The notes: generated from the letters alone by a model not told the origin. Positions 1-8,892 are shown, counted from the first letter of the stretch. The stretch is DNA of 60,966 nt from a virus (IMGVR_UViG_3300044998_000129:1-60966), one strand, 5' to 3'. Made by a program: numbers and translations.

Positions 1-230
1 CGCCCTAGGCCTGCCCCACGGCCCGCCCTACGGCCCGCCCTACGGCCCGCCCTAGGCCTGCCCCACGGCCCGCCCTACGGCCTGCCCCACGGCCCGCCCT
101 ACGGCCCGCCCTACGGCCCGCCCTAGGCCTGCCCCACGGCCCGCCCTACGGCCTGCCCCACGGCCCGCCCTAGGCCCGCCCCACGGCCCGCCCTCGATCT
201 CGCCCCACGGCCCGCCCTACGGCCCGCCCT
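1..230. repeat. C-rich tandem repeat at the left end, unit GGCC(C/T)GCCC(T/C)AC (12-mers and 11-mers)
   Basis: About 19 degenerate units read directly; the bottom strand is G-run rich. Confidence 0.95.
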
Positions 231-232
231 TG

Positions 233-517
233 ATCTTTTCTAAAATTATTTCTTGCTTCAAATTCTAAATTCCAGCTTCCAACTTTAATTTCCAATTTCA
301 AAATTCAACTTTTAACTTTATCTTTTAAGTTTTAACTTCTAGTTTTACATTCTAGGTTCAAACTTTATTTTCTAACTTTTAGTTTCACTTTCTAGTTTTC
401 GGTTTTATCTTCTAACTTCACTTTTTAGTTTTATCTTTTAATTTCACTTTTTAGTTTCAGTTTTCAGCTTTTACTTTTTAGTTTCATCTTCTAACTTCAC
501 TTTCTGGCTCCAGCTTC
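233..517. repeat. AT-rich, T-skewed low-complexity tract with ~6 nt periodicity (DUE-like)
   Basis: Runs such as ttttaactttta, cttctagtttt, ttttcagtttt; no ORF of 60 aa or more; lies next to iteron-like repeats. Confidence 0.75.
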
Positions 518-539
518 ATTCGCGGCGGCGAACTTTTAT

Positions 540-671
540 TATAAACGGCGAATTTCAATTCCCTTTCGAGATCACGCGTGGTCGGTCGGTCGGTCGGTTA
601 TAAACGGCGAATTTCGGTTCCCCTTTTTGGGATTGCGCCTGATCGGTCGGTCTATTCGAATATAAACGGCG
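540..671. repeat. Degenerate ~60 bp tandem repeat starting TATAAACGGCG, with (GGTC)n
   Basis: TATAAACGGCG at 540, 599 and 661; related ATAAACGGCGAA at 914. Confidence 0.8.
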
Positions 672-1377
672 CGATGGAAGGCTTTTTCGGGTCCGCAAGA
701 TCGTTCCAGCCGTCGAAGTCGAACGGCGGCACGTCGAGCGAAAACCAGCTTGGTCTGTCAAAGTGAGCCATCAACACGTCAAAGGAGCTGTAACCCTGGC
801 CACCGTATGAATAGAAGTCCGCTGGGTGCGCGGCTCCGGCCAATATAAACCGGCCACATTCGCTCCGAATGTTGAGTGAGATTCCAAAGTCGGACGGTCG
901 GTCGAAGTTTCTCATAAACGGCGAAACCTCGCTCATTTTATGGTATAGGCGTTCCAGCCCGATCCGGTTCCATCTTCCGAGGACGGACGGATAATCGAAA
1001 CGAGGATGGTGAATCCCGATGTGGCAGTGAAGCGATTCGACCCAATCGCGATAGGTTGCCAACGGCCACCGTGTCTGCCGGAGCTTCGCCAAGTATGGGT
1101 TCATTAGGTTGTGGACCGATCTGCGAGCCACAACGATGTTAGGTTCATCGCTGTTGCTTAGCAATAGAACTGCGCCTGCGATAAACGCGATGATCGCAAC
1201 GGAAGGCTGCCAATCGGTCGGAAACCGGACCATCCGGCGGACCTCGACCGGATCGTCCGCAAACCGTTTCAAAGGCCGATAATCAGCGTCCAAACGGCCT
1301 GAAACAACCCATAAATCCTCGGGGTTCTTGCGCTTTCGAACCCTCCTTTTTCGCGGTTCAAGGTTCAAAAATTCCAT
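652..1377 (-). CDS. Hypothetical protein with a basic N-terminus, inside the origin-like region
   Basis: 241 aa ORF from ATG at 1377 (MEFLNLEPRKRR) with GGGAGA upstream; no family recognised. Confidence 0.45.
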   Translation of the reverse strand: MEFLNLEPRKRRVRKRKNPEDLWVVSGRLDADYRPLKRFADDPVEVRRMVRFPTDWQPSVAIIAFIAGAVLLLSNSDEPNIVVARRSVHNLMNPYLAKLRQTRWPLATYRDWVESLHCHIGIHHPRFDYPSVLGRWNRIGLERLYHKMSEVSPFMRNFDRPSDFGISLNIRSECGRFILAGAAHPADFYSYGGQGYSSFDVLMAHFDRPSWFSLDVPPFDFDGWNDLADPKKPSIAPFIFE

Positions 1378-1380
1378 TTC

Positions 1381-1711
1381 TCCCACTTTCTCCCACTTTG
1401 CACCCCCTTTTAATCCCACTTTATCTATAAATAAATCAATACTTTATATGTAATTGTATGTAAAGTGGGATAAGTGGGATTGCCGACTTTCGCGTAATTT
1501 TATAGAGGGGCCTAGAACCGCCCCCAGGCCCCCGGAGGGGGATTCTCCCACTTGCCGGGATTTTTCTCCCACTTTGGCCTAACCCATTGATTTCATTAAT
1601 AAAAAAGTGGGAGAAAGTGGGTGAAAGTGGGATAATTTGGCATTGACAGGCAGTCTAACCCATTGATTTTATTACACTTTTGCTTTCTCCCACTTTGATA
1701 ACCCATTGATT
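1381..1711. promoter_or_regulatory. Putative replication origin: TCCCACTT iterons plus IHF-consensus sites
   Basis: 10 exact TCCCACTT/AAGTGGGA copies in both orientations; WATCAANNNNTTR at 1434-1446 (+) and at 1580, 1656, 1699 (-). Confidence 0.6.
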
Positions 1712-1841
1712 TCAAACAATTTTGCCAAAATCCTTGACCAAACGATAAGCCCTACCACAGCCAAATCAGTTCAAAACTCTTAGAACCAAGCAGGTTCTTT
1801 TACACGTCAAGACTCTAAAGCCCATTAAACCCACGGTGGCC

Positions 1842-2075
1842 AAGCCAACTTCTAGCACTATCAGTTAGCACTGTTAGAAGCCAACTTCTAACACTACCAC
1901 CCATATTAGAAGTCAACTTCTAGACTTATTAGAAGCCAACTTCTAGCTTACCTAGAAGCTAGCTTCAGACAGTATCACTTATATTAGAAGCCAGCTTCTA
2001 ACGCTACTAGAAGTTCACTTTAACAGCATTAAGCCAGCTTCTAACGCTACTAGAAGTTCACCAAGTCAGCTTCTA
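1842..2075. repeat. Array of palindromic TAGAAG-N4-CTTCTA sites
   Basis: Exact copies at 1875, 1907, 1930, 1985; degenerate or partial copies at 1842, 1953, 2008, 2031, 2051, 2063. Confidence 0.9.
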
Positions 2076-4532
2076 GCCTTCCCAAGCATCGCCAAAGGTG
2101 TAGAACTTTGTTCTAACTTGACCTGCGAGGACGACTTGATATTGCATCATAATGCTCTCACGAGTAACCTCGGTAAGCACTTCTGCTTTAATTAATTCTT
2201 GCAAAGTCTTTTCGATATGATCTTGCGTTGTCTTGCCTTGCTCGCTCCCTTGGAACGCAGCATTGTTTTTCAAATACCTTAGCAAAAATCCATGCGGGAT
2301 AACATGCTTCAGATCAACAACCGATTTTGGAACTCTATACTGTAGCCTGGTCGTCGGCTTCATCTTTACATATTGCCGAACGGCATCAACCATCGTTGCA
2401 AGTCGAATCATTTCACCGCCGCCGACTTCGCCATCCTCGACCATGTTGATAATGCGCTCGATGATCTTCAAACTAAAGTCACGAGACCAGTTCCAATGTT
2501 CAAGCGTGATCTTCGGGGTGATGTGATTTTCGAAGACAGCGAGATTGCAGGCGACCTTTAGGGCGTTGATCCAGATGCGGCTTAGATACTTTGACAGCAC
2601 GTCATTTTCATTCATGCGCCTTGTCATGAGTTCGTCAAACTCTTTCATAGCCTGCTTTACTTCTGGGGCTACTTCAATATCGACGACCTGATCTGGATTC
2701 ATCCTAAAGGCTTGCCATATGTCAGCTAGCCGGTTAATGATATATTCTGGTATTGGATAATGGATCGAGTTCGTGGGTTTGATGATCCCGTTATATTCGA
2801 TAATCATTATTCGCGCTGCGAGGCCGCTGTCTCTAACATGCCGCTTGCCGAGAAATTCTTTCATGTAGGTCGGCTGCGTGTCGATTATCATTGTGAAGAC
2901 TGGCCGATGGATAGAAGGCGTGCTATCGTCCTTGCTTGCATATTCTTTGGCGGCAATGGAAAAGTTTCTGCCGCCCATGTCGAACAGGCCGAGAAGCAAT
3001 TTCTTGATCTGACCGCCTTGGCCGAGGTCTTCACCAATCAGGCGTAGAAGATCATGGGCGTCTTCTTCGCTCATCGCAACGAGGGGATAAGGTGTTCTTG
3101 TGAATAGCTGCCGGAAGCCTGATCCGGAAGCTGGTATTTGATTGTCGAAGGTCTTCGACAAGTTCGGGTCAAGGGTCTTCACCGTCAAGGCATCCTTGAC
3201 GATTTGTTCCAGCATGACTTTCCTAGCCTGGCCTTTGCCTCGACCTGTTTCAGCCGACAGGAGGAAATATAGCTGAGGGCCAATGCTTCCGCATTGATAG
3301 CGCCTTGCACATAGACCTGAAATTAAATGCAAGGTGTAGGCTATTGCAAACTGACGAATTGGCTTCTTTGACATGTGATACATATACTGAGCCAACTCGC
3401 CTGTAATACCCGGTGGCCAAGGAAAATCCCATTCACCTTGACTTAGCTTGACTTCTTTGGGTAGAACTGATTCGGCGGCTTGGAGGGCCGCCGTTGATAT
3501 TTCGTTTTGAAGGACAGGGCCGATGGGTTCGCCGTTCACGCGCATGTTTGCGTATAGTTTGGCACCGAGTTCTTCATGGGCTTTGATGATAGCTTCGGGG
3601 TCGTCGCCGATTCGCCATCCGTAAGGAATTGCGATTGCACATCGCTGGGCGTAGGGTTCATTGTTCTGACAGTCTAGGCGGCAGAAAATATCGAAGGCGT
3701 CGCCCCATTCACGACCAAGCAATTCCTTGACGGTCGTCGATAGTGTGCTCCAGCCGCCGTCATTCCATACGCGCGTTGCGTATGATCCTGTCGTTTGCGA
3801 TGCATGGTGCCAATCCCGGCCACCGTTGTTCGTTTCAAAGCCGTGGCGGGCCAGCATGTATTCAATCGGGTAAAGGTGATTGAAGTTGCCGCGTTCGCGC
3901 CCTGGCTTTAGGACGGGTCGCTTCTCTTCCTCGGTCGCTAATTTCTCAGCGACAGCTTTAGTTTCATCAGACAAACGGTGGCCTGGTCGAAATAGATACG
4001 GGCTGCCTGGTTCATAATGGTAGGCGTAGTTTCCTCGTGGGTTGGGTAGGTAGCATATTTGATTCGGGCCTTGATTAACGCGATCTATTCCAAACCCGTA
4101 AAGTTCCAGTAAATCATTTAATGCAGTTGCGGCTGCTGAATAATAGATACCTGGAATTGGATTTGCAATAGGAATCAGAACTCTGTATTTGAAATTAGTG
4201 ATGCCATCGTGACTATATGTCGTGTAGATAAGAAACTCTGACTCGGTAATAGCCCGAACGGCTGCGGCTACCTCGTCAATAGTCGGTGGCCCTTTATCAA
4301 TATCTGCCCACAGTATCGGGAAGCTACCCTTTTCGAATTGAACAGATGCAGTTCGGGCGTTGAACTGATTATAGGTGCTAGGAATAATCCAAAAGCCGTC
4401 AGACTTGTCCCCTTGATAGTAAGGGGCCTTTGCAAATTCAACGATGCTTTTGAAATCTGTTGTATGGTATTCGACACCAGAATACAATTTAGTGTCGTGC
4501 TGACCCTTACCAGCGCATACTTGCAGATTCAT
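2073..4532 (-). CDS. Primase-helicase-like replication protein (AEP/Rep-type N-terminus, DUF3987-like C-terminal ATPase)
   Basis: WADID, YTTYSH, YRVLIP and QICYLP primase-like motifs; SAETGRGKG P-loop; probable start ATG 4532. Confidence 0.75.
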   Translation of the reverse strand: MNLQVCAGKGQHDTKLYSGVEYHTTDFKSIVEFAKAPYYQGDKSDGFWIIPSTYNQFNARTASVQFEKGSFPILWADIDKGPPTIDEVAAAVRAITESEFLIYTTYSHDGITNFKYRVLIPIANPIPGIYYSAAATALNDLLELYGFGIDRVNQGPNQICYLPNPRGNYAYHYEPGSPYLFRPGHRLSDETKAVAEKLATEEEKRPVLKPGRERGNFNHLYPIEYMLARHGFETNNGGRDWHHASQTTGSYATRVWNDGGWSTLSTTVKELLGREWGDAFDIFCRLDCQNNEPYAQRCAIAIPYGWRIGDDPEAIIKAHEELGAKLYANMRVNGEPIGPVLQNEISTAALQAAESVLPKEVKLSQGEWDFPWPPGITGELAQYMYHMSKKPIRQFAIAYTLHLISGLCARRYQCGSIGPQLYFLLSAETGRGKGQARKVMLEQIVKDALTVKTLDPNLSKTFDNQIPASGSGFRQLFTRTPYPLVAMSEEDAHDLLRLIGEDLGQGGQIKKLLLGLFDMGGRNFSIAAKEYASKDDSTPSIHRPVFTMIIDTQPTYMKEFLGKRHVRDSGLAARIMIIEYNGIIKPTNSIHYPIPEYIINRLADIWQAFRMNPDQVVDIEVAPEVKQAMKEFDELMTRRMNENDVLSKYLSRIWINALKVACNLAVFENHITPKITLEHWNWSRDFSLKIIERIINMVEDGEVGGGEMIRLATMVDAVRQYVKMKPTTRLQYRVPKSVVDLKHVIPHGFLLRYLKNNAAFQGSEQGKTTQDHIEKTLQELIKAEVLTEVTRESIMMQYQVVLAGQVRTKFYTFGDAWEG

Positions 4533-4673
4533 GAGTTGCCCTTGCCCACAAAGCCCGTTAGACCAGACTGACAGACTGGCACGCAAAACGCAAGCGGAAA
4601 CAAGCCGAACCGCTGGCACTAGACTAATCAGTTTAGTTATTCTAAAAATCTTTGAATATTCGCACACCTGGTC

Positions 4674-4702
4674 TTGACTGGCGACTCCCTATGTGCTAGG
4701 CG
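4674..4702 (+). promoter_or_regulatory. Sigma70/RpoD-type early promoter
   Basis: cTTGACT-N17-TAGGCG upstream of the first early gene. Confidence 0.6.
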
Positions 4703-4738
4703 GATGACGTGGGCAACACAAGGCAAAGGATATTCAGA

Positions 4739-4945
4739 ATGGCCTTCTATGAAGTATCTGTCATCGCGCAGCATCGCTTTGACGCGGTTCTGTATCATAA
4801 CTACTTTCACAACGAAGAAGAAGCGCAGGCCGAGGGTCAGCGCGCTCTGGATGACTGGAAGAAGTGGGAAGGACCGGAGTGGGAACGGTATCTGCGCCTG
4901 GAAATCAAGCGCCGCCGGTATGGTGACAATGATCGGTGTTTCTGA
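4739..4945 (+). CDS. Small early hypothetical protein
   Basis: ATG 4739 with AAGGA RBS; 68 aa. Confidence 0.7.
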   Translation: MAFYEVSVIAQHRFDAVLYHNYFHNEEEAQAEGQRALDDWKKWEGPEWERYLRLEIKRRRYGDNDRCF

Positions 4946-5090
4946 CATCGTTTCCACGGTCGATCTGGATTCGATCAGTCTGGAAAAGATCGACGCGGAT
5001 ATGATCAAGGACTACCTGGTCCTGAACGCAAACGAGGGTTGGGTGGTGGATTTCACCGCCGAGGAAGCAATCGGTTTGTCAGGCATCTGA
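4929..5090 (+). CDS. Small acidic early hypothetical protein
   Basis: 53 aa from ATG 4929; shares an IDAxxIKDYL...EGW motif with 5664..5987. Confidence 0.55.
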   Translation: MIGVSDIVSTVDLDSISLEKIDADMIKDYLVLNANEGWVVDFTAEEAIGLSGI

Positions 5091-5133
5091 AGGTGATGGC
5101 CTACATCTTGCAAGCTAACAAGTGACTCGGTTC

Positions 5134-5151
5134 GCCGCCCTACGGGGCGGC
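5134..5151 (+). terminator. Stable hairpin with a C(UACG)G loop
   Basis: gccgccc-tacg-gggcggc, intergenic, weak U-tract. Confidence 0.5.
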
Positions 5152-5188
5152 ATTCCCGGTCACTTGGACCGTTAACAGGAGGAACAAA

Positions 5189-5404
5189 ATGACACTCGTT
5201 GTTCGCTATGCGACGAAAAAGGACTTGGCTGCTTCCGTGGGCAAGCGCCTTCGCTACATCGAAACGTCGATGTTTGGTCCGGAATACAAGGATGACGGAG
5301 TTCTCACGGTGGCCGGTCGGCCTCACGTTCACGGAATTCCCAAGTCGCGCGAGTTTTTCGCGCAGGTGACGATGGAGAATGGCATCATCAAGAAGGTGAG
5401 GTGA
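5189..5404 (+). CDS. Small early hypothetical protein
   Basis: AGGAGG RBS; 71 aa. Confidence 0.8.
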   Translation: MTLVVRYATKKDLAASVGKRLRYIETSMFGPEYKDDGVLTVAGRPHVHGIPKSREFFAQVTMENGIIKKVR

Positions 5405-5405
5405 T

Positions 5406-5612
5406 ATGTATATCCAAGCCCGAATTCAGACCGGAACCGCGACCATTGAAACTTTCGAGGTGCTTTGCTCCGAGAAGTTTTGCGATGCGGTGCGGGAAGC
5501 TCGTCAGTATATCTACGAGCTGGAAAAGAAGCGCCGGAAAGGCTCCTACCCAATTCGCCTCGTGGAAGTGATGACCCTGGAAGAAGTGATGCGCCGCAAG
5601 CGCGCCCGCTGA
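5406..5612 (+). CDS. Small basic early hypothetical protein
   Basis: GAGGTG RBS, tightly coupled to the upstream gene. Confidence 0.75.
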   Translation: MYIQARIQTGTATIETFEVLCSEKFCDAVREARQYIYELEKKRRKGSYPIRLVEVMTLEEVMRRKRAR

Positions 5613-5618
5613 TTCTCT

Positions 5619-5650
5619 AGCCGCCTTGGAAACAAGGGGGCTTTCTTTTC
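5619..5650 (+). terminator. Rho-independent terminator
   Basis: agccgccttg-gaaa-caagggggct followed by ttcttttc. Confidence 0.75.
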
Positions 5651-5663
5651 TGGAGGATACAAT

Positions 5664-5987
5664 ATGAAAACTTATCTTGTAACTGTAACAACTTCTTGGA
5701 CTTTTGATTGGAGCTTGAGAAGCTGTGAAACGCGCAAGATCATGACTGAAAATGTAACTGACATTTTCAAACTAATTGCTAGTGACTTTGAAAATAACAA
5801 TGATGTTATTGCCAGTAACGTTATGATCGAACCATTTATTCCTCCACTAAAAGAAATTGATGCAGAAAAAATCAAAGACTATCTAATTCGTCAACAAAAA
5901 GAAAACTGGGAAGGCTGGTATCCCGAGCAACAAAATACTCTTAATCGTTTGATCGAAAACATTCGAAAAGAAGCGATCAAAGAATGA
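5664..5987 (+). CDS. Early hypothetical protein
   Basis: GGAGG RBS; 107 aa. Confidence 0.8.
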   Translation: MKTYLVTVTTSWTFDWSLRSCETRKIMTENVTDIFKLIASDFENNNDVIASNVMIEPFIPPLKEIDAEKIKDYLIRQQKENWEGWYPEQQNTLNRLIENIRKEAIKE

Positions 5988-5999
5988 TGGAGTGAAACA

Positions 6000-6224
6000 A
6001 TGGACTTGAAAGAACTTGAAAAAGCTCTCGATGCAGGACATGTCGAGATTGCCATGATAAACGGTCGCTGGTGGAAAGCTCGCCGCAACGGAAAGACACG
6101 GCGGTGGGTTCGTGATCCGATGCGTTTCGAAATCCCGATCAAGTTTGGGCTGAAGAAGTGCGCGACCTTGGATCAGACCTGGCTTTCCAAGGAAGGTATC
6201 TATTTTCGCGTCAATAAGGATTGA
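6000..6224 (+). CDS. Early hypothetical protein
   Basis: GGAG RBS; WKARRNGKTRRW...FEIPIKFGLK segment. Confidence 0.8.
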   Translation: MDLKELEKALDAGHVEIAMINGRWWKARRNGKTRRWVRDPMRFEIPIKFGLKKCATLDQTWLSKEGIYFRVNKD

Positions 6225-6227
6225 TCC

Positions 6228-6455
6228 ATGTGGGAAATCGCCAAACTCTTTGAAATCCGCGCTGATGGTTCGCGTCGGCTTATGAATACTATCGACGGGA
6301 GAAGTCAGTTTTTCGGCACACGCTATAAAAACGGGACTCCGCCATCCAGAATCGCGATGGATCAGGCGAACGGCTGGAAACGTGCGAATCCTAAGTCCAA
6401 CTATCTCGTCCAGGTTTTTATTCGCGACGAGATTCAAAACGAGATCAAATTCTAA
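6228..6455 (+). CDS. Early hypothetical protein
   Basis: AAGGA RBS; 75 aa. Confidence 0.7.
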   Translation: MWEIAKLFEIRADGSRRLMNTIDGRSQFFGTRYKNGTPPSRIAMDQANGWKRANPKSNYLVQVFIRDEIQNEIKF

Positions 6456-6463
6456 CATAAGGC

Positions 6464-6492
6464 TTGACTTCAGGGTAGATTTGGGCTATGCT
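6464..6492 (+). promoter_or_regulatory. RpoD-type promoter
   Basis: cTTGACT-N17-TATGCT. Confidence 0.7.
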
Positions 6493-6523
6493 GTCACTTA
6501 GAATTAAGAAAGGAGGACCAATA

Positions 6524-6715
6524 ATGACAATCTATGAAGGACCTGTTCCGCCTTACAAGGCAATGAAGATCGGATACGGCCCTTTTAGGAACAAGTGGGC
6601 TATTTTCGGCCGTCGGCCGAACGTTTCGGCCGCCGTTTGGGAACGCAAGGCGGACGGTATCTTTCGCACAAAGCGCGAAGCTGAGGATGCAATGCGGGCC
6701 GCTGGGCTGATCTGA
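6524..6715 (+). CDS. Early hypothetical protein
   Basis: AGGAGG RBS before ATG 6524. Confidence 0.75.
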   Translation: MTIYEGPVPPYKAMKIGYGPFRNKWAIFGRRPNVSAAVWERKADGIFRTKREAEDAMRAAGLI

Positions 6716-6733
6716 AATCACAGGAGAACTAAA

Positions 6734-7024
6734 ATGACAATCGAATGCTTGCCAATCGGTGCTTTTCAACCGCTGCTCGATGAAGCAAAACGCATTGCCG
6801 ATCCAATGCCGATTCTGGTGTTAGACGGTCCTATTGGTTCATATGGTTTTCGTTCAGGCTGGTGGACGGTTCAGCGAGGTGACGAGGTAGCGAAGTGTTT
6901 CTCATCTGTATCGCATCATGCTGATCTTGAAACACAGCACGATCATGTTCGTCATTCGGCTGCCGTGGGATTTGCGATTCGTGATTTGCGTCGCGCTGGG
7001 TTTTTGGAAGAAAAACCAAAGTGA
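6734..7024 (+). CDS. Early hypothetical protein
   Basis: AGGAG RBS; 96 aa. Confidence 0.75.
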   Translation: MTIECLPIGAFQPLLDEAKRIADPMPILVLDGPIGSYGFRSGWWTVQRGDEVAKCFSSVSHHADLETQHDHVRHSAAVGFAIRDLRRAGFLEEKPK

Positions 7025-7050
7025 AGACTATACTTGAAGGAAAAACTACA

Positions 7051-7287
7051 ATGAAGATCAAGCCTGGTCTTTACCGCGACGAAGTGGCGTTCACTGACGC
7101 GGTGATTGCAATTCGGACGCGGAACTTGGAAAGGCCGACCTACTATGACAGCTATACGATTGCGCGAGCGAAAAGCATCGCGCTGGCCGAAGCGACTGCC
7201 GAAGCAATCGAAATTGCACGCGAAATCTGGCTTGACTGGTTGGAACGGTGTGAAGACCGTTTTGAACGTGGCTTGTATGATGACTGA
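7051..7287 (+). CDS. Early hypothetical protein
   Basis: AAGGA RBS before ATG 7051. Confidence 0.7.
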   Translation: MKIKPGLYRDEVAFTDAVIAIRTRNLERPTYYDSYTIARAKSIALAEATAEAIEIAREIWLDWLERCEDRFERGLYDD

Positions 7288-7302
7288 CAAAGGAGAGACG
7301 AC

Positions 7303-7977
7303 ATGAACTTGACTGCGCTTTTCGAACGCTGGGCCACCGACGAAGGCAAGCCCTACAAAGGTCTCTTGATCGACTGGGATGCTTACAAAGCTAATCCTAA
7401 AGATGTGGGCTGCATGTGCGCGCAAGGTCAGATTCTTTATGAAGCTGGATGGACGCCCGAGAGGTTGAAAGATTTGCGTCAAGCTGAGGCTGATCTTGCG
7501 GTCGCCAAACTGCTGAACATTAGCCGCACTCATGCAGTTCTCTTGCGGATCGTTAACGATGGGACGGACGGTGCCCCCACTGTCGTTCTGACCGATCCTA
7601 GCAAAGTTCTTGGCGATCAGTGGAGTAAGATTCTCGATTTCTGGTGGCATCTGGATAGCATGACGGCGAGACAATGGGATGTTGCAGAAGCCGCCGCAGA
7701 AGCCGCCGCACTGGACACCACATGGGACTCTGTGCGGAACACCGCACAGGACGCTGTAGGAACTGCCGCACGGGATGCTGCATGGGACGCCGCAGAAGAC
7801 GCTGCACGGGTTGTCGCACGGAATGCCCCATGGGCCACCGCAGGAGCATCAAACGAAGTCCAAGGCGCTGACATTCTGCGGCGGGATGGAAAACCATTTT
7901 TCTTCCTGCCCGCGTTCGGGTTTGCCACTCCCGACAACATTCCGGCTCGTTCTGATAACTATGGTGTAGGAGGATAA
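7303..7977 (+). CDS. Hypothetical protein with AAWD/AARD-type tetrapeptide repeats
   Basis: AAGGAG RBS; 12-nt degenerate repeat at 7680-7840. Confidence 0.8.
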   Translation: MNLTALFERWATDEGKPYKGLLIDWDAYKANPKDVGCMCAQGQILYEAGWTPERLKDLRQAEADLAVAKLLNISRTHAVLLRIVNDGTDGAPTVVLTDPSKVLGDQWSKILDFWWHLDSMTARQWDVAEAAAEAAALDTTWDSVRNTAQDAVGTAARDAAWDAAEDAARVVARNAPWATAGASNEVQGADILRRDGKPFFFLPAFGFATPDNIPARSDNYGVGG

Positions 7978-7981
7978 TCCT

Positions 7982-8278
7982 ATGACTGAACCGCGTTTCT
8001 TCATCAATCCGAACGGTGACAAGCCCTCGGACATCCGGAATGCGTTTAACGACATGTATATCGCTGCGCTTCGTCTCCGCGAAACTTTTATGGATGTTCG
8101 CTCGATTCCTTTGCACGGACGCAATTATCAGACGCTCGGCGAACTTGCTTCGGAGGCCCGTGCTTCTGATATGACCGATCTGGCAAAGTTTGATAATTAT
8201 GTTCAGGAAATGCTGAACTGGTCGGCGGCCGGTTATCATAAGGCGATGGAGAAAAATAATGAAAATTCCACGCTATAA
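7982..8278 (+). CDS. Early hypothetical protein
   Basis: AGGAGG RBS; LHGRNYQ motif. Confidence 0.8.
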   Translation: MTEPRFFINPNGDKPSDIRNAFNDMYIAALRLRETFMDVRSIPLHGRNYQTLGELASEARASDMTDLAKFDNYVQEMLNWSAAGYHKAMEKNNENSTL

Positions 8279-8438
8279 GCATAACTGCATCATTCAGAGC
8301 GGCGACATGGTGGGTAACAAATACCACTACGATGTTCCGTGGTGGGAACTTGATAATACATGTCCTTACTGTAAACAACCACTAATAACTGCAAGTCAAC
8401 TTCTTGAACATATCTATCGAGAATTGACAGAAGACTAA
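8259..8438 (+). CDS. 59 aa putative zinc-binding protein (not in the ORF track)
   Basis: MKIPRYKHNC...TCPYCKQPL; GGAG RBS. Confidence 0.6.
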   Translation: MKIPRYKHNCIIQSGDMVGNKYHYDVPWWELDNTCPYCKQPLITASQLLEHIYRELTED

Positions 8439-8464
8439 AACAACAAACGCAGGAGACTGGTCAA

Positions 8465-8860
8465 ATGAGCCTCGACTTTGATGTTTCCAAAATCAAGGAC
8501 TATGAGAACGTAACCACGTTTGTTAACAGCGAAGGAAAAGCTGTATGGCACCCAGTAACGAACGCCCTCGTTTGGGCTTCAATTCCTTGTGGATATTGGT
8601 GCATCACTGAGAAAAATTATCAGACAGTATACGGTCGCGTGAATGCTTGGCAACGCGCCGTAGGTGGGCTAATCACCAGAGGGAAAATTTGGCTGACCTT
8701 GGATGATGTAGAAATGCACATTGGGCTGCGAACGAACGCGACCGAAAAGACTGATAGCGAGTTCTGGCGATTTATCATGAAAAAGTTTGCCGAAGATAAT
8801 GGCGAGACCAGCGCAATGAACATTATTGGCTGGAGAGGCGTGTCTGGGATTGTCGCCTGA
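8465..8860 (+). CDS. Early hypothetical protein
   Basis: AGGAG RBS; HIGLRTNA motif. Confidence 0.8.
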   Translation: MSLDFDVSKIKDYENVTTFVNSEGKAVWHPVTNALVWASIPCGYWCITEKNYQTVYGRVNAWQRAVGGLITRGKIWLTLDDVEMHIGLRTNATEKTDSEFWRFIMKKFAEDNGETSAMNIIGWRGVSGIVA

Positions 8861-8892
8861 TTAGACTATTCAGTCTAGATGCCTATGTTCTT

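Noticed and set aside
1842-2075. Possible CRISPR or mini-CRISPR array
   Set aside because: Repeats are 16 bp and degenerate, linkers are 7-16 bp and partly repeated, and there is no cas operon
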